From NCBI GenBank assembly GCA_002189035.1, contig NEEC01000011.1, forward strand, positions 3,348,001-3,412,000: DNA of 64,000 nucleotides, written 5' to 3'. A program made the position numbers and the translations under genes. This document shows positions 51,801 through 61,395 of this stretch, in pieces. Numbering within the stretch: position 1 is the first letter of the stretch; the number at the start of each line of letters is the position of its first letter. The stretch is from Utricularia gibba. Taxonomy: Eukaryota; Plantae; Magnoliophyta. The notes below the pieces were generated by a model, which made no database searches, was not told the DNA's origin, and saw only the letters and a list, made by a program, of their open reading frames with translations.

Positions 51801-53599
51801 ATTCCGAGGCGGTCATCTTCCGTTTTCAAGCTTTGTCATTCGACAATATATCAGAGCTCGAATTATTGCCTTATTTAGCCTTCAATTGTGCCACAAAAAC
51901 GACGTTCGCGATGATGCGACCTCGGACTTCCGATTCGACGCGAATGTTTTCTCGCATTCAAACATATGGATTTCATTGGAAGGTATGAAATTTTTGTTTA
52001 GAGGCGAACCCTTACAATGCCACGGTGTGTTCCAACCCACACCTGATGCAGGCCTCGTGCACCATTCCGTATTTTGTAAATATCTTGAAAACCGTGATGA
52101 GCCTTGTTGCACACGACACACCGTTTCGAAGCTCATTCCAGAGCGGTCATCTTCCGTTTTTGAAGCTTCGTCGTCCGACGATGTATCAGAGCTCGAATTA
52201 TTGCCTTATATTAGCCTTCAATTGTGCCACAAAGTGGCCACGACGTTACGCGATGATGCGACTCGGGGCTTCCAATTCGACGCAAATGTGATTTCTCGCT
52301 TGCAAAACATATGCATTTCATTGGAAGGTGTGAAATTTTTGTTTTTGAGGCGATCCCTTACAATGCCACGGTTGTGTTCCAACCCACACCTGATGCAGGC
52401 CTCGTGCACCATTCCGTATTTTATCGATATCTTGAAAACCGTGATGAGCCACGTTTGCACACGACACACCGTTTCGAAGCTCATTCCAGGCGGTCATCTT
52501 CCGTTTTGGAAGCTTTCGTCCGACGATGTATCAGAGCTCGAATTATTGCCTTATATTAGCCTTCAATTGTGCCACAAAGTGGCCACGACGTTCGCGATGA
52601 TGCGACCTCGGACTTCCGATTCGACGCGAATGGATTTCTCGCTTCAAACATATGATTTCATTGGAAGGTGTGAAATTTTTGTTTTAGAGGCGAACCCTTA
52701 CAATGCACGGTGTGTTCCAACCCACACCTGATGCAGGCCTCGTGCACCATTCCGTATTTTGTCGATATCTTGAAAACCGTGATGAGCCGTTGCACACGAC
52801 ACACCGTTTCGAAGCTCATTCCAGAGCGGTCATCTTCCGTTTTTGAAGCTTCGTCGTCCGACGATGTATCAGAGCTCGAATTATTGCCTTATATTAGCCT
52901 TCAATTGTGCCACAAAGTGGCCACGACGTTCGCGATGATGCGACTCGGGGCTTCCGATTCGACGCGAATGGATTTCTCGCTTTCAAAAACATATGCATTT
53001 CATTGGAAGGTGTGAAATTTTTCGTTTTTGAGGCGATCCCTTACAATGCCACGGTTGTGTTCCAACCCACACCTGATGAAGGCCTCGTGCACCATTCCGT
53101 ATTTTGTCGATATCTTGAAACCGTGATGAGCCACGTTGCGCACGACACACCGTTTCGAAGCTCATTCCGGCGGTCATCTTCCGTTTTGAAGCTTCGTCGT
53201 CCGACAATGTATCAGAGCTCGAATTATTGCCTTATATTACCCTTCAATTGTGCCACAAAGTGGCCACGACGTTCGCGATGATGCGACTCGGACTTCCGAT
53301 TCGACGCGAATGGATTTCTCGCTTCAAACATATGGATTTCATTGGAAGGTGTGAAATTTTCGGTTAGAGGCGATCCCTTACAATGCCACGGTGTGTTCCA
53401 ACCCACACCTGATGCAGGCCTCGTGCACCATTCCGTATTTTATATCTTGAAAACCGTGATGAGCCTTTGCCACGACACACCGTTTCGAAGCTCATTCCGA
53501 GGCGGTCATCTTCCGTTTTGAAGCTTCGTCGTCCGACGATGTATCAGAGCTCGAATTATTGCCTTATATTACCTTCAATTGTGCCACAAAGTGGCCACG

Positions 53600-56500
53600 A
53601 CGTCGCGATGATGCGACGACTTCGACGACAAATGACATGGATTTCTCGCTTCAAACGGTTGTGTTCCAACCCACACCTGATGCAGGCCTCGTGCACCATT
53701 CCGTATTTTGAATATCTTGAAAACCGTGATGAGCCGTTGCAACGACACACCGTTTCGAAGCTCATTCCAGAGCGGTCATCTTCCGTTTTTGAAGCTTCGT
53801 CGTCCGACGATGTATCAGAGCTCGAATTATTGCCTTATATTAGCCTTCAATTGTGCCACAAAGTGGCCACGACGTTCGCGATGATGCGACTCGGGGCTTC
53901 CATTCGACGCAAATTGATTTCTCGCTTGCAAAATATGCATTTCATTGGAAGGTGTGAAATTTTTTTTGAGGCGATCCCTTACAATGCACGGTTGTGTTCC
54001 AACCCACACCTGATGCAGGCTCGTGCACCATTCCGTATTTTATCGATATCTTGAAAACCGTGATGAGCCACGTTGCCACGACACACGTTTCGAAGCTCAT
54101 TCGGCGGTCATCTTCCGTTTGAAGCTTTCGTCCGACAATATATCAGAGCTCGAATTATTGCCTTATATTAGCCTTCAATTGTGCCACAAAGTGGCCACGA
54201 CGTTCGCGATGATGCGACTCGGACTTCCGATTCGACGCGAATGGGTTTCTCGCTTTCAAAACATGGATTTCATTGGAAGGTGAAATTTTTCGTTTTTGAG
54301 GCGATCCCTTACAATGCCACGGTTGTGTTCCAGAGAAGGCTCGTGCAATTATTGCCCGTGATGATTGCGCATTAGCTCATTCCGGGCGGTCATCTTCCGT
54401 TTCGAAGCTTGTCGTCCGACATATATCAGAGCTCGAATATTGCCTTATATTAGCCTTCAATTGTGCCACAAAGTGGCCACGACGTTCGCGATGATGCGAC
54501 TCGGGCTTCCAATTCGACGCAAATGGATTTCTCGCTTCAAAACATATGATTTCATTGGAAGGTGTGAAATTTTCGTTTTTGAGGCGATCCCTTACAATGC
54601 CACGGTTGTGTTCCAACCCACACCTGATGAGGCCTCGTGCACCATTCCGTATTTTTAATATCTTGAAAACCGTGATGAGCCTTTGCGCACGACACACCGT
54701 TTCGAAGCTCAGGCGGTCATCTTCCGTTTTGAAGCTTTGTCGTTCGACAATGAAATTTTTTATTAAATTGTGCCAGGGCGAATGATGCCTCGGACTTCCG
54801 ATTCGACGCGAATGCCACATATGGATTTCATTGGAAGGTGTGAAATTTTTTTTTAGAGGCGATCCCTTACAATGCCACGGTGTGTTCCAACCCACACCTG
54901 ATGCAGGCCTCGTGCACCATTCCGTATTTTGTATATCTTGAAAACCGTGATGAGCCGTTGCACACGACACACCGTTTCGAAGCTCATTCCAGCGGTCATC
55001 TTCCGTTTTTGAAGCTTCGTCGTCCGACGATGTATCAGAGCTCGAATTATTGCCTTATATTAGCCTTCAATTGTGCCACAAAGTGGCCACGACGTTCGCG
55101 ATGATGCGACTCGGGGCTTCCATTCGACGCAATGGATTTCTCGCTTCAAAACATATGCATTTCATTGGAAGGTGTGAAATTTTTGTTTTGAGGCGATCCC
55201 TTACAATGCCACGGTTGTGTTCCAACCCACACCTGATGCAGGCTCGTGCACCATTCCGTATTTTTCGATATCTTGAAAACCGTGATGAGCCACGTCACGA
55301 CACACCGTTTCGAAGCTCATTCCGGCGGTCATCTTCCGTTTTGAAGCTTCGTCGTTCGACAATGTATCAGAGCTCGAATTATTGCCTTATATTACCCTTC
55401 AATTGTGCCACAAAGTGGCCACGACGTTCGCGATGATGCGACCTCGGACTTCCGATTCGACGCGAATGGTTTTCTCGCTTCAAAACATATGGATTTCATT
55501 GGAAGGTATGAAATTTTTGTTTTAGAGGCGAACCCTTACAATGCCACGGTGTGTTCCAACCCACACCTGATGCAGGCCTCGTGCACCATTCCGTATTTTG
55601 TAAATATCTTGAAAACCGTGATGAGCCTTGTTGCACACGACACACCGTTTCGAAGCTCATTCCAGAGCGGTCATCTTCCGTTTTTGAAGCTTCGTCGTCC
55701 GACGATGTATCAGAGCTCGAATTATTGCCTTATATTAGCCTTCAATTGTGCCACAAAGTGGCCACGACGTCGCGATGATGCGACTCGGGCTTCCAATTCG
55801 ACGCAAATGTGATTTCTCGCTTGCAAAACATATGCATTTCATTGGAAGGTGTGAAATTTTTGTTTTTGAGGCGATCCCTTACAATGCACGGTTGTGTTCC
55901 AACCCACACCTGATGCAGGCCTCGTGCACCATTCCGTATTTTTCGATATCTTGAAAACCGTGATGAGCCACGTTGCACACGACACACCGTTTCGAAGCTC
56001 ATTCCGAGCGGTCATCTTCCGTTTTGAAGCTTCGTCGTCCGACGATGTATCAGAGCTCGAATTATTGCCTTATATTAGCCTTCAATTGTGCCACAAAGTG
56101 GCCACGACGTTCGCGATGATGCGACCTCGGACTTCCGATTCGACGCGAATGGTTTCTCGCTTTCAAAACATATGCATTTCATTGGAAGGTGTGAAATTTT
56201 TGTTTTTGAGGCGATCCCTTACAATGCCACGGTTGTGTTCCAACCCACACCTGATGAAGGCCTCGTGCACCATTCCGTATTTTTATCGATATCTTGAAAA
56301 CCGTGATGAGCCACGTTGCGCACACGTTTCGACTCATTCCACCGTTTCGACGAGCTCATTCCGAATTGTGCCACAAAGTGGCCACGACGTTCGCGATGAT
56401 GCGACTCGGGCTCCGTTTTCGAAGCATTTCATTGTCGTTCAATGACAATGATGATCAGTAGCTCTTGAATGATGATTTGCCTTATATTAGCGGTCATCTT

Positions 56501-58450
56501 CCGTTTTGAAGCTTGTGTCCACGAATCAGTGCCTTACGACGTTTCGCGATGATGCGACCTCGGACTTCCGATTCGACGCGAATGGGTTTTCTCGCATTCA
56601 AAACATATGGATTTCATTGGAAGGGTGAAATTTTGTTTTAGAGGCGCCCTTACAATGCCACGGTTGTGTTCCAACCCACACCTGATGCAGGCCTCGTGCA
56701 CCATTCCGTATTTTGTAAATATCTTGAAAACCGTGATGAGCCGTTGCACACGACACACCGTTTCGAAGCTCATTCCAGGCGGTCATCTTCCGTTTTTGAA
56801 GCTTCGTCGTCCGACGATGTATCAGAGCTCGAATTATTGCCTTATATTAGCCTTCAATTGTGCCACAAAGTGGCCACGACGTTCGCGATGATGCGACTCG
56901 GACGTCCGACGATGACAGAGCGATCGAATTATTGCATTCATATTAGCCTATGGATTTTGTGGAAAGGTGTGAAATGTGGCCACGACGTTCGCGATGATGC
57001 GACCTCGGACTTCCAATGCGACGGAATGTGATTTCCGAACAATGCCACACCTGATGCAGGCCTCGTGCACCATTCCGTATTTATCGAAGTATGTTGAAAA
57101 CCGTTTTGAGCCACGTTTCACACGATCCCTTACCGTGCCACGTTTCGTGAGCTCATTCGACGCCACACCATCAGGCCTCAACCATTCCGTATTTTTCGAT
57201 ATCTTGAAAACCGTGATGAGCCACGTTCACACGACACACCGTTTCGAAGCTCATTCCGAGCGGTCATCTTCCGTTTTGAAGCTTTGTCGTCCGACAATAT
57301 ATCAGAGCTCGAATTATTGCCTTATATTAGCCTTCAATTGTGCCACAAAGTGGCCACGACGTTCGCGATGATGCGACCTCGGACTTCCGATTCGACGCGA
57401 ATGGGTTTTCTCGCATTCAAGACATATGGATTTCATTGGAAGGTATGAAATTTTTGTTTAAGAGGCGAACCCTTACAATGCCACGGTTGTGTTCCAACCC
57501 ACACCTGATGCAGGCCTCGTGCACCATTCCGTATTTTGTATATCTTGAAAACCGTGATGAGCCCGTTGCACACGACACACCGTTTCGAAGCTCATTCCAG
57601 GCGGTCATCTTCCGTTTTGAAGCTTCGTCGTCCGACGATGTATCAGAGCTCGAATATTGCCTTATATTAGCCTTCAATTGTGCCACAAAGTGGCCACGAC
57701 GTACGCGATGATGCGACTCGGGGCTTCCAATTCGACGCAAATGTGATTTCTCGCTTGCAAAACATATGCATTTCATTGGAAGGTGTGAAATTTTTGTTTT
57801 TGAGGCGATCCCTTACAATGCCACGGTTGTTCCAACCCACACCTGATGCAGGCCTCGTGCACCATTCCGTATTTTATCGATATCTTGAAAACCGTGATGA
57901 GCCACGTTTCGCACGACACACCGTTTCGAAGCTCATTCCGAGGCGGTCATCTTCCGTTTTGAAGCTTTGTCGTCCGACAATATCAGAGCTCGAATTATTG
58001 CCTTATATTAGCCTTCAATTGTGCCACAAAGTGGCCACGACGTTCGCGATGATGCGACCTCGGACTTCCGATTCGACGCGAATGGTTTTCTCGCATTCAA
58101 ACATATGGATTTCATTGGAAGGTGTGAAATTTTTGTTTTAGAGGCGAACCCTTACAATGCCACGGTGTGTTCCAACCCACACCTGATGCAGGCCTCGTGC
58201 ACCATTCCGTATTTTGTCGATATCTTGAAAACCGTGATGAGCCGTTGCACACGACACACCGTTTCGAAGCTCATTCCAGAGCGGTCATCTTCCGTTTTGA
58301 AGCTTCGTCGTCCGACGATGTATCAGAGCTCGAATTATTGCCTATATTAGCCTTCAATTGTGCCACAAAGTGGCCACGACGTCGCGATGATGCGACTGTG
58401 CAAATTTCGGATGAGGTGTTCCGATTCGACGCGAATTTTTCTCGTTTATG
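53600..58450. other. Second disrupted zone with braided or scrambled monomer fragments (core 56325-57180)
   Basis: Segments at ~53610-53660, 54330-54375, 54750-54800, 56325-56545, 56900-57180 and 58400-58450 are made of short monomer pieces from different registers. Intact monomers lie between them. Confidence 0.75.
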
Positions 58451-61395
58451 GATTTCATTGGAAGGTATGAAATTTTTTTTAGAGGCGATCCCTTACAATG
58501 CCACGGTGTGTTCCAACCCACACCTGATGCAGGCCTCGTGCACCATTCCGTATTTTGATATCTTGAAAACCGTGATGAGCCTTGTTGCACACGACACACC
58601 GTTTCGAAGCTCATTCCAGGCGGTCATCTTCCGTTTTGAAGCTTCGTCGTCCGACGATGTATCAGAGCTCGAATTATTGCCTTATATTAGCCTTCAATTG
58701 TGCCACAAAGTGGCCACGACGTCGCGATGATGCGACTCGGACTTCCGATTCGACGCAATGGATTTCTCGCTTGCAAGATATGCATTTCATTGGAAGGTGT
58801 GAAATTTTTGTTTTTGAGGCGATCCCTTACAATGCCACGGTTGTGTTCCAACCCACACCTGATGCAGCCTCGTGCACCATTCCGTATTTTTCGATATCTT
58901 GAAAACCGTGATGAGCCACGTTTACACGACACACCGTTTCGAAGCTCATTCCGAGGCGGTCATCTTCCGTTTTCGAAGCTTTGTCGTCGACAATATATCA
59001 GAGCTCGAATTATTGCCTTATATTAGCCTTCAATTGTGCCACAAAGTGGCCACGACGTTCGCGATGATGCGACCTCGGACTTCCGATTCGACGCGAATGG
59101 GTTTTCTCGCATTCAAGACATATGGATTTCATTGGAAGGTATGAAATTTTTGTTTAGAGGCGAACCCTTACAATGCCACGGTGTGTTCCAACCCACACCT
59201 GATGCAGGCCTCGTGCACCATTCCGTATTTTGTAAATATCTTGAAAACCGTGATGAGCCTTGTTGCACACGACACACCGTTTCGAAGCTCATTCCAGAGC
59301 GGTCATCTTCCGTTTTTGAAGCTTCGTCGTCCGACGATGTATCAGAGATCGAATTATTGCCTTATATTAGCCTTCAATTGTGCCACAAAGTGGCCACGAC
59401 GTACGCGATGATGCGACTCGGGGCTTCCAATTCGACGCAAATGTGATTTCTCGCTTGCAAAAGATATGCATTTCATTGGAAGGTGTGAAATTTTTGTTTT
59501 TGAGGCGATCCCTTACAATGGCACGGTTGTGTTCCAACCCACACCTGATGCAGGCCTCGTGCACCATTCCGTATTTTATCGATATCTTGAAAACCGTGAT
59601 GAGCCACGTTTCACACGACACACCGTTTCGAAGCTCATTCCGAGGCGGTCATCTTCCGTTTCGAAGCTTGTCGTTCGACAATATATCAGAGCTCGAATTA
59701 TTGCCTTATATTAGCCTTCAATTGTGCCACAAAGTGGCCACGACGTTCGCGATGATGCGACCTCGGACTTCCGATTCGACGCGAATGGGTTTTCTCGCAT
59801 TCAAGACATATGGATTTCATTGGAAGGTATGAAATTTTTGTTTTAGAGGCGAACCCTTACAATGCCACGGTTGTGTTCCAACCCACACCTGATGCAGGCC
59901 TCGTGCACCATTCCGTATTTTGTAATATCTTGAAAACCGTGATGAGCCACGTTGCGCACGACACACCGTTTCGAAGCTCATTCCAGGGGTCATCTTCCGT
60001 TTTGAAGCTTCGTCGTCCGACAATATATCAGAGCGAATTATTGCCTTATATTACCCTTCAATTGTGCCAAAAGTGGCCACGACGTTCGCGATGATGCGAC
60101 CTCGGACTTCCGATTCGACGCGAATGGATTTCTCGCTTTCAAAACATATGCATTTCATTGGAAGGTGTGAAATTTTTTTTGAGGCGATCCCTTACAATGC
60201 CACGGTTGTGTTCCAACCCACACCTGATGCAGGCCTCGTGCACCATTCCGTATTTTCGATATCTTGAAAACCGTGATGAGCCACGTTCGCACGACACACG
60301 TTTCGAAGCTCATTCCAGGGCGGTCATCTTCCGTTTTTGAAGCTTCGTCGTCCGACGATGTATCAGAGATCGAATTATTGCCTTATATTAGCCTTCAATT
60401 GTGCCACAAAGTGGCCACGACGTTCGCGATGATGCGACTCGGGGCTTCCGATTCGACGCAAATGTGATTTCTCGCTTGCAAAACATATGCATTTCATTGG
60501 AAGGTGTGAAATTTTCGTTTTAGAGGCGATCCCTTACAATGCACGGTGTGTTCCAACCCACACCTGATGAAGGCCTCGTGCACCATTCCGTATTTTGTCG
60601 ATATCTTGAAAACCGTGATGAGCCGCGTTGCGCACGACACACCGTTTCGAAGCTCATTCCAGAGCGGTCATCTTCCGTTTTTGAAGCTTCGTCGTCCGAC
60701 GATGTATCAGAGATCGAATTATTGCCTTATATTAGCCTTCAATTGTGCCACAAAGTGGCCACGACGTTCGCGATGATGCGACTCGGGCTTCCAATTCGAC
60801 GCAAATGTGATTTCTCGCTTGCAAAAGATATGCATTTCATTGGAAGGTGTGAAATTTTTGTTTTGAGGCGATCCCTTACAATGCCACGGTGTGTTCCAAC
60901 CCACACCTGATGCAGGCCTCGTGCACCATTCCGTATTTTATCGATATCTTGAAACCGTGATGAGCCACGTAGCGTACGACACACTATTTCGAAGCTCATT
61001 CTAGGGCGGTCATCTTCCGTTTTGGAAGCTTCATCGTCCGACAATATATCAGAGCTGGAATTATTGCCTTATATTACCCTTCAATTGTGCCAAAAGTGGC
61101 CACGACGTTCGCGATGATGCGACCTCGGACTTCCGATTCGACGCGAATGGGATTTCTCGCTTTCAAAACATATGGATTTCATTGGAAGGTGTGAAATTTT
61201 TCGTTTTTGAGGCGATCCCTTACAATGCCACGGTTGTGTTCCAACCCACACCTGATGAAGGCCTCGTGCACCATTCCGTATTTTTCGATATCTTGAAAAC
61301 CGTGATGAGCCACGTTGCGCACGACACACCGTTTCGAAGCTCATTCCAGGCGGTCATCTTCCGTTTTTGAAGCTTCGTCGTCCGACAATATATCA

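Larger units (their letters stand above)
42228..52533. repeat. Subdomain with near-regular P(or Q)/Z alternation (dimer ~690 bp, tetramer ~1375 bp) and many private variants
   Basis: Monomers mostly alternate P/Q with Z. Most Z monomers carry GACGTACGCG and follow GAGATCG. CCGTGTCGAAG occurs at 42845/44218 and 49718/51094, i.e. 1373 and 1376 bp apart. Confidence 0.65.

Noticed and set aside
51751-52731. Longest ORF (326 aa) and all other ORFs in the six-frame track as protein-coding genes
   Set aside because: They are translations of the satellite: the same peptides (LCHKVATTFAMMR, FQPTPDAGLVHHSVF, CSNPHLMQASCTIPYF) appear in all frames and switch frame at indels. I recognise no domain and see no frame conservation between copies.
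56425-56490. Apparent non-repeat insertion (CAATGACAATGATGATCAGTAGCTCTTGAATGATGATTTGCC)
   Set aside because: It reads as TTGTCGTTCGACAATATATCAGAGCTCGAATTATTGCC with interspersed extra bases, i.e. degraded monomer. There is no target-site duplication or terminal repeat.
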